51,529 nt of DNA from a virus (IMGVR_UViG_3300037755_001214:1-51529); one strand, 5' to 3'. Positions 7,324 to 17,460 are shown, numbered from the stretch's first letter. Numbers and translations: made by a program. Notes: generated by a model from the letters alone, not told the origin.

Positions 7324-8946
7324 CTAATAAGGCCCGACTATCGTCGTATCTCCTAGCTCGCTAAATCCGGCCGTGCCCAGGACCCAGTAAGCCGACGATG
7401 AAGCCGGCTCCAGCAGCCAGGTCACTCGCAGGTCGGCGGGCTGAAGGTCGAAGATCTCGCCAATGATAAAGTAGTGCGCGTCCACGGCCGTCTGGTCCTC
7501 CACGATGCGCACCCGGTCGCCGATGGTCCGGGCCAGGGCCTGGGTCAGGGCCGTGGCGTCCTTGTACGCCTGGATGGTGATCGACTTCACCAGGCCGCGC
7601 GGGTCCTTCCGCATATCCAGGAAAAAGGCCGCCGCCCCTTCGGCCACCGCCACATCGTCCATCGCAAAACCGTAGGTCATCCGGTGCCGGCGGTAAGAGG
7701 CCACGCTGGTCGCGTCCTCCCGCTTGACGTCCACCTGCCCGTAATCGGTGATTTTGATGCCCCGAATCTGGGCGCCGCTCTGGAGGTACACGTCGACCGC
7801 GGCCGCGTTAGTGAAGGTCACCTGGCAGCTCGACCCGCTCTCCTGGACGATGGCCGACGAGACCGAGGTGGTATAGGCCACCCCGGAGCCGTCCGCGGCG
7901 CTGTTGGCGGTGAAGTCGGTCGTCTGGGCCGGGGCCACGGCGTTTTTGCCGGCCAGCTCCCGCCCGGTCGCCTGGTCCACGTAGTGGAAGGTGATCGTCG
8001 TCGACGAGCCGGCCTTGATCAGCACGGCCTGGTCCACCACGCCCAGCGTCTCGTTGTTGCCGCCGATGGTCCGAGAGTGGGCCTGTACCACGACCGAGTT
8101 GATAATGTCGTCGCCGTAGCTGTAGCTCATCGCCTGCATCGAGTTGTCGAACGTCGCGTCCAGGGTCGTGTCCAGGATCAGGTGGTGCCGGTTCCAGAAC
8201 ACCAGCACCCCGGCCCGGTTGACAAACACCCGGCCCGCCTCCCGCCCGGCCACGTCGCGCAGGGCGCCGTAAACGCTGGTGCCGCCGGGTGTGGTCACCC
8301 CCCGGCCGGAGGCGTTGCCCCAGTTGCGCACCTTGCCGGCCCCCCACTGATCGCCGATGATAGAGAAAGTCGATTTGCCCGTTTCCGCGCTCAGGAAGTC
8401 CGACACATCGCCCAGGATGGTGTTATCCTCCAGCTCGCTGAACCCAACCGAGCCGATCATCCAGCGGCCGGTAAAACCCGGCGGTAGCATCCCCGAGTTG
8501 GTCAGCAAAAGCTCGATCACCTCGTCGGCGGTCTTATCCTCCTGGACCGGAACGTACACCTCGCTGTCCTGGGCCAGGATCATAAAGCCGTTGCTCCTGA
8601 TGACGCACTCCCGCTCGGCCTTGGTGTTGGGCGTGGGCTCGATGCTGTCGATCCAGCCGATGAAGTGCGTCCGGGTCGTGCCGCTGTAGGTCGATTGAAT
8701 CCTGATGACCTTGCCCCGCGTGAAGTCCGGGAAAAGCGCGCCGGTCTCGTACTCCGGCGAGAACCGCTTATCGCCGTTGCGCAGCACCAGCTCCAGCGTC
8801 GCCGCCCGGTCAATTGGCTCGAAGGGCTCGGCAAAACCGAGCTGCCACCGGCCGCGCTTGACGTAGGCGCTGATATCCTCGCCGTCGTCGGTATAGTCGC
8901 CGTCGCCATTCAGGTCAATGCAAAAGGTCCAGGTTGGTTCAGCCAC
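7324..8946 (-). CDS. Tail tip/baseplate hub protein
   Basis: Immediately after tape measure; ATLELVLRNGDKRFSP, GRVFVNRAGVLVFWNR, IINSVVV and IGDRVRI motifs typical of siphophage hub proteins. Confidence 0.75.
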   Translation of the reverse strand: MAEPTWTFCIDLNGDGDYTDDGEDISAYVKRGRWQLGFAEPFEPIDRAATLELVLRNGDKRFSPEYETGALFPDFTRGKVIRIQSTYSGTTRTHFIGWIDSIEPTPNTKAERECVIRSNGFMILAQDSEVYVPVQEDKTADEVIELLLTNSGMLPPGFTGRWMIGSVGFSELEDNTILGDVSDFLSAETGKSTFSIIGDQWGAGKVRNWGNASGRGVTTPGGTSVYGALRDVAGREAGRVFVNRAGVLVFWNRHHLILDTTLDATFDNSMQAMSYSYGDDIINSVVVQAHSRTIGGNNETLGVVDQAVLIKAGSSTTITFHYVDQATGRELAGKNAVAPAQTTDFTANSAADGSGVAYTTSVSSAIVQESGSSCQVTFTNAAAVDVYLQSGAQIRGIKITDYGQVDVKREDATSVASYRRHRMTYGFAMDDVAVAEGAAAFFLDMRKDPRGLVKSITIQAYKDATALTQALARTIGDRVRIVEDQTAVDAHYFIIGEIFDLQPADLRVTWLLEPASSSAYWVLGTAGFSELGDTTIVGPY

Positions 8947-11650
8947 CTACAAACCCCATTCCCCGGTTGCGCGCTTCCCGCTGGATAGCCTCGAACATCG
9001 CCTGCGGGTCCTGCACGCCGTACAGGTTGATGTTGCCGATGGTGACGCCGCCCTGCTGACCGGGCGTCAACACGATCTCCCCGCCGTGGGCCAGGATGGG
9101 CATTGGCGCGCCTTTCGGGCCAGGGACCACCCCGCCGCCGTCGAAGCTCGGCATCGCGCCCGAGGCGGCCGCCTGGCCGGTGTAGCGCGCGCCGGCGGCC
9201 GCATCGCCCCGGCTCATCCCGCTGGCCCGCATCCGGTCGTAAGCGCTCGCCGCGGCCATAGCCGCCTGTTCGATGTCGCGGCTGTTGCGGACCAGGATAC
9301 CCGCCATCTCGCTGTTGCCGGCCCCGATGGCCGAGAAGCTGCCGGTATAGATCTGCTGCAGCGCGGTCGCGTTGGCGCCGGCGGTCTGGTTGACCTCCGC
9401 CGTCTGGTTGCTGAAATTCTGCAGGGTATTCTGCAGGGCGCTGCCCAATTCTCCATCGATGCTGATGATGCCGGCGGTGACCAGCTCATAGGCGTCGTTG
9501 GCCTTGATCCCGGCGATCTTGGTCAGTTCCTCCAGTTGGCCGGTCGTTTCCAGGACGTGCAGGGCCGTTTTGAGCTTCAGCTCCTCCAGGTGTTTGGCGT
9601 TGGCCTCTTCTTCGGTGGCCCGGTCGGCGTCGAGTTTGGCTTTTTTCTCGGCCAGAGTGTTCTCGATCAGGGCCAGCTCGGCCTGCGCGTCCGCTTCGGC
9701 CTTGGCCCGTTTGTCGGCATAGTCCGCCGCCAGGGCATCCAGCTCCTGCTGGGCTATAGCCCGCTTTTTGTTGTAATTGGCTTCGGCCTCGGCCATATCC
9801 TGCTGGGCCATGGCCCGCTTTTCGTCGTAGCTCTCGCGCAGCTCCTTCTGCTCTTCCAGGATAAGCTGCCGTTTCCTGTCGTACTGTTCTTTCTCGCGGG
9901 CCATATCTTCCTGAATCTGGACCCACTTTTTGGTATAGGCGGCCTCGACTTCGTTGTACTCTTCCTGGACCATGGACCGCTTTTTATCATTGCTCTCCGA
10001 TAGCTTGGCTAATTCTTCCTGCAGCCTGGCGTCATCTTTGCCCTGCAGCTCCTTGATAAGCTCCGCCTTTTTGGTCGCTTCCTCCTCGTTGAGGTCGTTT
10101 AACTTCTTAGTAAGTTTCTCTTTGTCTGCGGCCTCGTCATCGTTGAGGTCGGATAGCTTATCGGTCAATTCCTTGCGGCTGTCGGCCAGGTTCCGGTCGA
10201 GATCGGCGAGCTTCCGGCTTAATCGCTCTTTATCCCTGGCCTCATCCTCGTTGAGGTCCTTGATTTTCTTGCTGAGCTGTTCGCGACTTTTGGCCAGGTC
10301 CTCGTCGAGATCAACCATCCGCTCGGTCATCTGCTCGCGGTCGTCCAGTTCCTGCTTATTGATGTCGGCGAGCGTCTCGGTCAGGTCTGCGGCGATTTGG
10401 ACCTTTCGCTCGGCCGCATCGGCAGCAAGCTCGATCCCGGCCCGGACGTACTCCTCTTCCTGCTCTCGGTCCCGTTCCCGCAGGCCGGCCAAATCGCCAA
10501 AATACCCGGCTTGGGTATTCATCAACTCCCGCTGCTGCTTCTCCTGCTCCTCCAGGGCTTTCGTGTTATCCTCAATAGCGGCCTGGTTGTCGCCCAGTGA
10601 ATCGGTGTGGGTATCAGTCGCGCCGGCCGTATCCATTACCGCTTCAGCCAGGTTCTCCTGGTCAAAAACGTAACCAGAAACAAGGTCATAGGTTTTCATC
10701 ACACCACTGACAACTGGCAACGATCTGGCCCAACTTTCGGTAAGGCTTTCAGTTGCCCCGGCGGCCTCTAATTGGTTATCGCGGTATCGCTCGGCAGCTT
10801 CGTCCAAAAGCGCCAATGAGCTAATGGTCGTATTCCAGCCATCGGCGGCGGCGATGACCTGCTTATTAAGCGCGGTCATTGCCGGCAGGGTCGTTTTGCC
10901 AATCGTCTCGCCCAGGTCGCCCAGCGAGTTTTTGGCGGCGATGAAATCACCGTCCGCCTCGCGGGCGGCCCTGGCGCTGCCTCCAAACTCGGTCTGTAGC
11001 TCCTTCAGAATCAGCGCTTGCGCCCCGGCTACATCGCCGGCCTCGACCATCGTTTTTATTTGTTCCATCTGCGCTTCGGTAAAGCTCACCCCGACGCGTT
11101 TCAGGGCGGTTACGCCCTCCACCGGGTCATTTAACGCTTTCCCGAGCTGGATAGCAGACGACTTCAGGTCCTGGCCTAAAGCCGTACTCATATCAAGCAC
11201 GGTTTCGGTAGCCTGCGGGATGATGTCTCCGCCTATTTTGGTGAAGGTCAGGAGTAAGGATTCGGCCGGAATGATGGCCTCGTCGCCATAATTCGTTACC
11301 GATTGCAGTCCGGAAGCCAGTTTTTTTAATTCGTCGGCCGTCAGCCCCGCCGCGCCGTGGGTACTTTCCAGGACGGCGTTAAGCTGCGCCTCCGCTGCCA
11401 CCTGCACCCGCGCCAGCTCGATGGAGGTCTTTAGCCCGGCAGCCAGCGCACCGATAGCCCCGGCTGCGGTTAGGCTGACCGGCGACAGGCCGGCCATGGC
11501 GCTATTGAGCCCGCCCATTCCCGCCGACGCCTCTTTGCCGCCCTTTTTGGCCTTGTCGGTGAATTTATCGACGTTGACCCCGGACTCCTTCAGGGCCGAA
11601 ATAAGTTTGTGAGCGTCGCCGCTGATTTCAATCGTTAGCCGGTCAGCCAT
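8939..11650 (-). CDS. Tape measure protein
   Basis: 903 aa; QLGKALNDPVEGVTALKRVGV tape-measure motif, long coiled coil, C-terminal FDGGGVVPG...ILAHGGEIVL. Confidence 0.93.
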   Translation of the reverse strand: MADRLTIEISGDAHKLISALKESGVNVDKFTDKAKKGGKEASAGMGGLNSAMAGLSPVSLTAAGAIGALAAGLKTSIELARVQVAAEAQLNAVLESTHGAAGLTADELKKLASGLQSVTNYGDEAIIPAESLLLTFTKIGGDIIPQATETVLDMSTALGQDLKSSAIQLGKALNDPVEGVTALKRVGVSFTEAQMEQIKTMVEAGDVAGAQALILKELQTEFGGSARAAREADGDFIAAKNSLGDLGETIGKTTLPAMTALNKQVIAAADGWNTTISSLALLDEAAERYRDNQLEAAGATESLTESWARSLPVVSGVMKTYDLVSGYVFDQENLAEAVMDTAGATDTHTDSLGDNQAAIEDNTKALEEQEKQQRELMNTQAGYFGDLAGLRERDREQEEEYVRAGIELAADAAERKVQIAADLTETLADINKQELDDREQMTERMVDLDEDLAKSREQLSKKIKDLNEDEARDKERLSRKLADLDRNLADSRKELTDKLSDLNDDEAADKEKLTKKLNDLNEEEATKKAELIKELQGKDDARLQEELAKLSESNDKKRSMVQEEYNEVEAAYTKKWVQIQEDMAREKEQYDRKRQLILEEQKELRESYDEKRAMAQQDMAEAEANYNKKRAIAQQELDALAADYADKRAKAEADAQAELALIENTLAEKKAKLDADRATEEEANAKHLEELKLKTALHVLETTGQLEELTKIAGIKANDAYELVTAGIISIDGELGSALQNTLQNFSNQTAEVNQTAGANATALQQIYTGSFSAIGAGNSEMAGILVRNSRDIEQAAMAAASAYDRMRASGMSRGDAAAGARYTGQAAASGAMPSFDGGGVVPGPKGAPMPILAHGGEIVLTPGQQGGVTIGNINLYGVQDPQAMFEAIQREARNRGMGFVGG

Positions 11651-11930
11651 CCCGCATCTGCTCCACGCTGTTGACCACCTCGAATAGTTCCGGGACCTGC
11701 GCCGATAGGTCCACCAGGTTTTTGTTGCCCTCCTGGAGCTGCCGGACGCCCTTGAAGGCGTTATACACGGTCAGCGCGGCGTTCATCCGCCGCATCAGGC
11801 CCAGGGGCTGATCGAAGTATCCGCCCGCCGCCGGCATCCCCCAGCGCTGGCACTCCCAGGCCAGCGCCAGCTCGTGCGGCGGCTCGCCTACGCCGCCGGC
11901 GTAATCGGCGCAGGCGATGAGGAGTTTTTT
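11643..11930 (-). CDS. Tail assembly chaperone, -1 frameshift extension (gpGT-like)
   Basis: The -1 frame after the slippery site reads KLLIACADYAGG...WGMPAAGGYFDQPLG to the stop at 11643. Confidence 0.8.
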   Translation of the reverse strand, partial: KKLLIACADYAGGVGEPPHELALAWECQRWGMPAAGGYFDQPLGLMRRMNAALTVYNAFKGVRQLQEGNKNLVDLSAQVPELFEVVNSVEQMRDG

Positions 11931-12214
11931 TCCGGGTGCAGCGCCCGCGCGAACGAATCGTGATAGACCGTGTCGATGATCCAGTTGTAGACCTCAAGCG
12001 GCCAGTCGCCCGGTGACGCGCCGGCCAGCTCGCCCTCGATCCGGTCGCACAGGGCGATACAGCCGAACAGGCGCATCGTGCCCACGCTCACGTCTTTCCC
12101 GAACGCCTCGGCCGCGTCCCGGTTGCCCCGCGCCCACAGCTCGTAGTGCCTGACCTTCCACTCGCCGGCGAAGGTCAGGGTCAGATCCCCGTGCGGGCAA
12201 TGTTGGGTAGCCAT
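11888..12214 (-). CDS. Tail assembly chaperone (gpG-like)
   Basis: Position and slippery sequence. Confidence 0.8.
   Translation of the reverse strand: MATQHCPHGDLTLTFAGEWKVRHYELWARGNRDAAEAFGKDVSVGTMRLFGCIALCDRIEGELAGASPGDWPLEVYNWIIDTVYHDSFARALHPEKNSSSPAPITPAA
11924..11930 (-). other. Programmed -1 ribosomal frameshift site A AAA AAC
   Basis: CCG GAA AAA AAC near the 3' end of the chaperone gene, the canonical position between tail tube and tape measure. Confidence 0.82.
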
Positions 12215-12216
12215 TA

Positions 12217-12657
12217 TCAGGCACTCACCGTGCCGAACGCCGGCATTGTGCCGCCGGACAGGCGCAGGGAAACGTTCATCAGCCGCTCGCCGTCCTTGGC
12301 CGTCTCCATCGTCACCGAGGTAACCACGTACTCGCCGGTGACGGTCAGGTCACCCGCAGCCGGTGCGGCGTTCTCGCCGTAGCTGATGGTCAGCGTCCGG
12401 GCCGTGTCGCTGAACAGGGCCCCGGTCGTGGCGTGGGTGAACAGGGCGTGGGTCGTGTCGTTAAACTTGATCTTCAGCGTGGGCGAGCTGTCCCCCTGGC
12501 CCTTCATCGTGCTGTGATCCTGGCTATAGGCGCTGTCCTCGATCTCGTCGTAGCTCAGCGGGATGCCGTTGGATTCCATCACGTGGGTCGTGATGTCGGT
12601 CAGCGCCGGCGCGCTGCTGTCAAACTCGATTTTGGTATGCTTGCCTCTCAGGCCCAT
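12217..12657 (-). CDS. Tail tube (major tail) protein, paralogue 2
   Basis: Directly upstream of the chaperone; beta-rich tube-like pattern; paralogous to 12667-13383. Confidence 0.72.
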   Translation of the reverse strand: MGLRGKHTKIEFDSSAPALTDITTHVMESNGIPLSYDEIEDSAYSQDHSTMKGQGDSSPTLKIKFNDTTHALFTHATTGALFSDTARTLTISYGENAAPAAGDLTVTGEYVVTSVTMETAKDGERLMNVSLRLSGGTMPAFGTVSA

Positions 12658-12666
12658 ACAATCCTC

Positions 12667-13383
12667 CTATTTTCTGATAAATAAAACCGCAATAGGGAAG
12701 CTCACCGAGCTGCCCGTTACGGTGTAGCTGGCTCTCACGTACTGGTCTACGTCACCCGTTACCGCGAGCCGTTCCGCCCCGATGGCCGAGCCGTCCAGGG
12801 TGAAAGTGATCAGCGTCGCCCAGTCGCTGTTATTGGCCGAGTCCTCGATCAACACGGTGATGGTATCGCCCGCGCTCAGCCCGGTGATATGCAGCACGCC
12901 CACCCCGCCATTAGCGGAGGCGGCGCCGTTGTTCACGCTGGCCTGCTGGCCATTGGCGGTCACGGCCAGGTCGGCCAGCAGCAGCCCGAACTCGGCCGGC
13001 GTGCCCCGGGCCCGGAAGTCTCCGGAGGCGATGATGATATCGCTCAGATTCGGGTTGACCTGGTAGTTGATCCGCTGGGCCTGCAGATTCAGGGCGATAT
13101 CGCCCACCGCCGGCGCCGCGTTCTCGCCGAACACCGTCGACACCAGCACAGCGCTGTCGGTGATGGTTTTGACCCCGTCGTGGAACTCCCCTGTCGCCTT
13201 GGAAAAATAGCCGTTCAGGCCGATGGTTGAATCGGCCTGGCCCTTGAGCGTGCTGTGGTCCTGGGTGTAGGCGCTGGACTCCAGCTCGTCGTAGGCGATG
13301 GAGATGGGAGAGACCTCCCTGGTCTTTGTGGTCAACGCGTAGCCGCCGACCCAGATCTTGGTATGCTTACCTCTCAGGCCCAC
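12667..13383 (-). CDS. Tail tube-like protein, paralogue 1, with C-terminal extra domain
   Basis: Same MGLRGKHTKI start and SAY(S/T)QDHST.KGQ and GENAAPA.GD motifs as 12217-12657. Confidence 0.68.
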   Translation of the reverse strand: MGLRGKHTKIWVGGYALTTKTREVSPISIAYDELESSAYTQDHSTLKGQADSTIGLNGYFSKATGEFHDGVKTITDSAVLVSTVFGENAAPAVGDIALNLQAQRINYQVNPNLSDIIIASGDFRARGTPAEFGLLLADLAVTANGQQASVNNGAASANGGVGVLHITGLSAGDTITVLIEDSANNSDWATLITFTLDGSAIGAERLAVTGDVDQYVRASYTVTGSSVSFPIAVLFIRK

Positions 13384-13570
13384 GGGTCACCTCTGTGTCA
13401 AAAATTTTTACGTCTGGCAAGCGTTGAATCACGCCCCGCGCTTCCCACAGCTTGACAATTTTCTCTGGCCAGCCGTTCAGGTCCACGATTTCGCCCGGCA
13501 GGTGCGTCCGGTTCAGGATGTCGCTGTGGATGCGCCGGAGAACCAGGAAAGTCTTGTTAGACTTAGTCAT
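13367..13570 (-). CDS. Small hypothetical virion-module protein
   Basis: Overlapping start/stop with both neighbours. Confidence 0.6.
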   Translation of the reverse strand: MTKSNKTFLVLRRIHSDILNRTHLPGEIVDLNGWPEKIVKLWEARGVIQRLPDVKIFDTEVTRGPER

Positions 13571-13985
13571 TGAGTACCACCTCCACGAAAAAATCAGCTC
13601 CGTAATATCTCACTCCGCCCCATTCGACAATCCCGGCCTCGTAGCGCCGGAAGGTCATCTCGTCCGCGCCGCTGTGGGTGACCAGGGTCTTCAGCGCCGT
13701 CTTGTAGGCGCAGATCAGGTCCACGGTCAGGGCCATGGCCTCGCCCTGCAGGGCCACCTCCTCCGGCTTGACCAGCAGCCGGTGCCTTATCGTGTCGGTA
13801 TCCTCGAACGAGGTGACCGCGTAGCCGTACGCCGCGCGGACAGTCTGGCCGCTCATCGGCAGCGGGATCAGCGCCGGCAGGTCCGGGTTGTTCACCCCGC
13901 CGCGCACGTTATCGATGGAGTAGCTCTTGGTCACCCCGCTGACGCTCACACTCGCCAGGGTGTCGATAGCCGTGGCCAGGGTCAT
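13563..13985 (-). CDS. Probable tail terminator/completion protein
   Basis: About 140 aa, upstream of tail tube, LPALIP motif. Confidence 0.6.
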   Translation of the reverse strand: MTLATAIDTLASVSVSGVTKSYSIDNVRGGVNNPDLPALIPLPMSGQTVRAAYGYAVTSFEDTDTIRHRLLVKPEEVALQGEAMALTVDLICAYKTALKTLVTHSGADEMTFRRYEAGIVEWGGVRYYGADFFVEVVLND

Positions 13986-14803
13986 AGCGCTCTCCGCCGG
14001 TGCTTGATGAACCGGTGCACCTCCGGCGGCGCGTTAGGCGGGATGATCACCCGGCCGCCAGCATCGGTCTGCAGCTCGAAGGTGAACGGCGCCTCAAGCT
14101 GCTTGTAGAGCCAGACCGCAAACCGCAGGGTCACCCGCTCCACGTCCCGCATCGGCCGGTAGATATCGATGGCCGTGCCGGCCGCGTGCGTCGCGGCCGT
14201 AGAGCCGTTTTGCCCCCGCTCGACGGTCAGGTTATTGCCGCTGATGGCCGACACGACCAGCCACTCGCTCTCGATGCGCAGCGTCTGGCCGCGTTGGAAA
14301 TTGGCGCCGCTGGTCACCTGCAGCGTCGTGCCGGAGCTGCTGATCTGCGTTGCGTTCTGGACCGTGTCGCCGCTGGCCACGTGGGCGCCGGCGTAGTCGT
14401 CGTGGCAGCCCCACACCCCGATCACCTTCTGGCTCCTCTGGCTCGTGCCGGAGTAGCCAAAAACAGAGGCTCCATCGGCCTTCAGCCGGATCCGGTCGTA
14501 GGGCTGCAGGTTGTACGAATCGCCGCACATCGGGAAATAGTTGGCCGCTTCAATGGTCGTCGCCTCGTTGTCGGTGGTCAGGGTTGTCACGCTCAGCAAG
14601 TCCTCGTCGAGCTTGAGCTGGGCCTGCTCCTGGTAGTCGTAGTAGCGGGTGGCGATCTTGGGATAAAAGAACCGGTGCGTCGCTCCGTCCAGCGCCCGGC
14701 TGGCATCCTCCAGGCTGTCCAGGAGCAGGCTGTCATCGCCCGTGCCGGTCAACTGCGGCAGCCGCGCCCGGATCTGGGTCAGGGTGCCGTACAGGGTGGG
14801 CAT
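13982..14803 (-). CDS. Head-tail connector (gp6/gp15-like) with inserted beta domain
   Basis: YGTLTQIRARL...DDSLLLDSLEDASRALDGATHRFF N-terminus and PPEVHRFI C-terminus. Confidence 0.75.
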   Translation of the reverse strand: MPTLYGTLTQIRARLPQLTGTGDDSLLLDSLEDASRALDGATHRFFYPKIATRYYDYQEQAQLKLDEDLLSVTTLTTDNEATTIEAANYFPMCGDSYNLQPYDRIRLKADGASVFGYSGTSQRSQKVIGVWGCHDDYAGAHVASGDTVQNATQISSSGTTLQVTSGANFQRGQTLRIESEWLVVSAISGNNLTVERGQNGSTAATHAAGTAIDIYRPMRDVERVTLRFAVWLYKQLEAPFTFELQTDAGGRVIIPPNAPPEVHRFIKHRRRAL

Positions 14804-15118
14804 TTATCGGCCCTTCCGCTTCGTCTTAGCCAGGGCGACCGCTTCCGGCAGGGTCTTTCCCACCGGTTCCTCTTCTGGGGCGAGCGCTTCCTGCGGCTGC
14901 TCCTCTGCCTTCTGGGGCTCTGCGGTCGATGGTGCTTCCGCCTGGCCAGGGGCCTCGCCTTCGTTAGGCCTAACCGGCCCCGATTCGGCATCCATCGCAA
15001 ATCCCCGGTCGATCAGCTCCTGGCCGACCGAGGCCGGCACGTCGTGCTCTGTGCCGGGGTTCATATGGGTGTCGCCGGACAGCCGGCCGTGGTAGTGGTG
15101 TAACATTTTGATCTTCAT
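14804..15118 (-). CDS. Small head-module protein with low-complexity acidic/basic tail
   Basis: AAGGAG RBS; MKIKML...PG...DVP...LIDRGFA pattern often seen after capsid genes. Confidence 0.65.
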   Translation of the reverse strand: MKIKMLHHYHGRLSGDTHMNPGTEHDVPASVGQELIDRGFAMDAESGPVRPNEGEAPGQAEAPSTAEPQKAEEQPQEALAPEEEPVGKTLPEAVALAKTKRKGR

Positions 15119-15147
15119 TAAAACTCCTTATTATTATGTGGCCTATC

Positions 15148-15242
15148 CCACTTGGCCTAGTACGCAAGTACGCTTGCGCCCGCCCGCACTTGCGTGCCTG
15201 GGCAAGTGTGCGCCAGCCCAGGCAGGTTCCACTTGGTCTAGT
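15148..15242 (-). repeat. Inverted copy of palindromic element A (15170-15227) flanked by 14-bp near-direct repeats
   Basis: Reverse complement of 371-428 with one mismatch; CCACTTGG(C/T)CTAGT at 15148 and 15229. Confidence 0.85.
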
Positions 15243-15362
15243 GTCTTTTTCTTACCCACCATCCGCGCCCCGTCACCGCCTGGGTACTTGGGGGCTCCCG
15301 CCCCGCAGGCCGAGCCTGTCGGGGGCACATCCAATCCGGCCATCCAGTGACAATTATGTGAC

Positions 15363-16898
15363 CTAGTAGCCCAAGGCTGCTTTCCACTGGTTAGCGGCTT
15401 CGACTTGCCCGGCAGCGTTGTAGTGTGTACCGTCGCTAGTATACGTTATTCCATCATCACCATTTTCTAGCCACACGCTTTCATCAGGGCCGGCGTGGAT
15501 ATAAGCCTGTGTGGCGATTACATCGTCAATCCAGGTATTGAGCGTGGCGCAGTCAACCGGGTCACGCCTGTCCCAAATTTTCGAGATGTAGACATCAATC
15601 GTCGGCCACTTGCCCCGGAATGCATCAACGATGCCCACCAGGTCAGCCTTCCAGTCTGCTTCTGGTGGTAAGGCCAAAGCCGCATTGTTAACTCCGATAT
15701 TGATGCAAGCGATTGATGGATTGCCAGATGCTGCGCCAATATTGGCGTCCAAATAGGTATGCAATAAGGCGGCGGTCCAGCCAGATGATGCAAACGGGCG
15801 AGGATTAGTCCTCCAGAAATTGCCAGTTGCGTTGGTTGTCAAGCCGACTAATAAATCTGCCCAAATACCACCGCCCATTTTTGAATCTCCGGCAAATGCA
15901 ATCTCGGACACATTAGGAACAACCGACCTGTACACCTGCTCCACCAAGGTAGATGTTAAAAGTTGACCGGCCCCAATGGCGCAGTGTCCCGCGCTGCCCG
16001 CGAAGGCCAGTCCCCCGGTATTTGAGGCGGCCATAATGACAGCGTTTGCTGCGGCTAACGCCCCGGCCCACGTCCCCGATGCAGTCAATGTTGAGGCTAG
16101 AACCCCGTCCATCCACCATAAGACCTGATTATTAGATTGCGACCAACTAAGTGCCATCATATGCCAATTGGTGGACGAGCTATACAACTGCGTGGTTTTG
16201 GTTGTTCCCCCACCAGCTCGATAAAACAATTTGTATTGGCTACCTGTTGTGGCATCCTTGGCCAAGAATACCTGATTATTGCCATCGGTAAACAGGTACA
16301 GGAGGTAGTCATTTACTGGCGTACCAGGGGCGGGGTCAAGAAACCACACGATAGCCCACCCCTCTGTGCCATTGAATGCCGGGGCGATACCGTAAATATC
16401 TACACAGTCATTTGAGCCATCCAACGAGACAACGTTGTCACCTACTGGGAATGGTGTCCCGGCTAACGTTGGCGCATTTTTGTACGTCCCGTCCCGCGTT
16501 GCCGATCCTTCTGCATTATCAGCTACGGTCCCGGTTGTCTCGGCCAACGGCCAGTAGGCAATCAGGCCGGGCAGCGCCAGCATCCGCTCGGCAAACGTGG
16601 CCTCACTCACCGTGATGTAATCAACCTTAGTCGCGGTATCTTCGCCGGCTGCGTTGGTGACGGTTAGGCTCACGGTGTAAGTTCCGGCTGCGGTGTACGT
16701 GTGCGTCGGGTTCTGCTCAGTTGAGGTTCCGTCACCAAAGTTCCACAGCCACTCGGTTGCGTTTTCGGACAGGTCGGCGAACTGCACCACCTGAATATTA
16801 TTTGGTGCAGTATCGTCAACGGAAAAATCGGCGACAGGTTCAGGTACGCCGCCACGGTTACGATACAACGGATTTAATAATGCGTGTTCCCAGCTCAT
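15363..16898 (-). CDS. PKD + LamG/ConA-like + SGNH hydrolase protein (probable virion appendage)
   Basis: PKD motif WLWNFGDGTSTEQNPTHTY...YTVSLTV; LIAYWPL...SLDGSND...WH LamG pattern; SGNH blocks FAGDS, IGVNN, DGTHYN. Confidence 0.82.
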   Translation of the reverse strand: MSWEHALLNPLYRNRGGVPEPVADFSVDDTAPNNIQVVQFADLSENATEWLWNFGDGTSTEQNPTHTYTAAGTYTVSLTVTNAAGEDTATKVDYITVSEATFAERMLALPGLIAYWPLAETTGTVADNAEGSATRDGTYKNAPTLAGTPFPVGDNVVSLDGSNDCVDIYGIAPAFNGTEGWAIVWFLDPAPGTPVNDYLLYLFTDGNNQVFLAKDATTGSQYKLFYRAGGGTTKTTQLYSSSTNWHMMALSWSQSNNQVLWWMDGVLASTLTASGTWAGALAAANAVIMAASNTGGLAFAGSAGHCAIGAGQLLTSTLVEQVYRSVVPNVSEIAFAGDSKMGGGIWADLLVGLTTNATGNFWRTNPRPFASSGWTAALLHTYLDANIGAASGNPSIACINIGVNNAALALPPEADWKADLVGIVDAFRGKWPTIDVYISKIWDRRDPVDCATLNTWIDDVIATQAYIHAGPDESVWLENGDDGITYTSDGTHYNAAGQVEAANQWKAALGY

Positions 16899-16986
16899 TT
16901 GCTCACCTTAGACCATATAATCGGTACTGTCCCGCCCCGGTCCCCCGCCGCGCCGCACACAATCCTCTTTCGTCCGCCGCGCTATA

Positions 16987-17367
16987 TCAGCTCTTCATTG
17001 CCAGCACGAGCGCCCGGTCGCCGGCCTGGTTGACGGCGTTCCCGCTACCGTCTTCGGATTGCAGCTGGATGTACCCGGCCGGGAATAACTGCGCTGGGAT
17101 AGTGTGCCACTCGTTAGCCAGCGGTTTATCCGCCGCTGTGCCCACTTGAATGCGGGTCTTAACGCCGGCCTCGGTGTAGTAATATGCCTGCCGGAACGTG
17201 CCCGTAGCGGTATCGCATTTGAGCACGCCCACCGTGGCGGCCGTCCAGGTGCCTGGTATCAGCACATCAATGCCGGCCACGTGCCGCACGTCAACTCCGC
17301 CTGTAACGGCCGCGCCGCTGACAATCGCCAGCGTAACCGGGTCAAACCTGCGCTCTAAAGTAGACAT
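16987..17367 (-). CDS. Hypothetical structural protein
   Basis: 126-aa beta-rich ORF in the head module, GAGGG RBS. Confidence 0.65.
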   Translation of the reverse strand: MSTLERRFDPVTLAIVSGAAVTGGVDVRHVAGIDVLIPGTWTAATVGVLKCDTATGTFRQAYYYTEAGVKTRIQVGTAADKPLANEWHTIPAQLFPAGYIQLQSEDGSGNAVNQAGDRALVLAMKS

Positions 17368-17460
17368 AGTCCCTCGCTACCTGTTGCGTACACTAGCACT
17401 GACCCAAGGGTCTAGTGCAGGCCAGTCAAGTGAAGGGGCGGTGTTACCCGCCCCTGATGG

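Noticed and set aside
9650-10560. Periodic charged repeats in the tape measure gene
   Set aside because: Ordinary coiled-coil periodicity for this protein class
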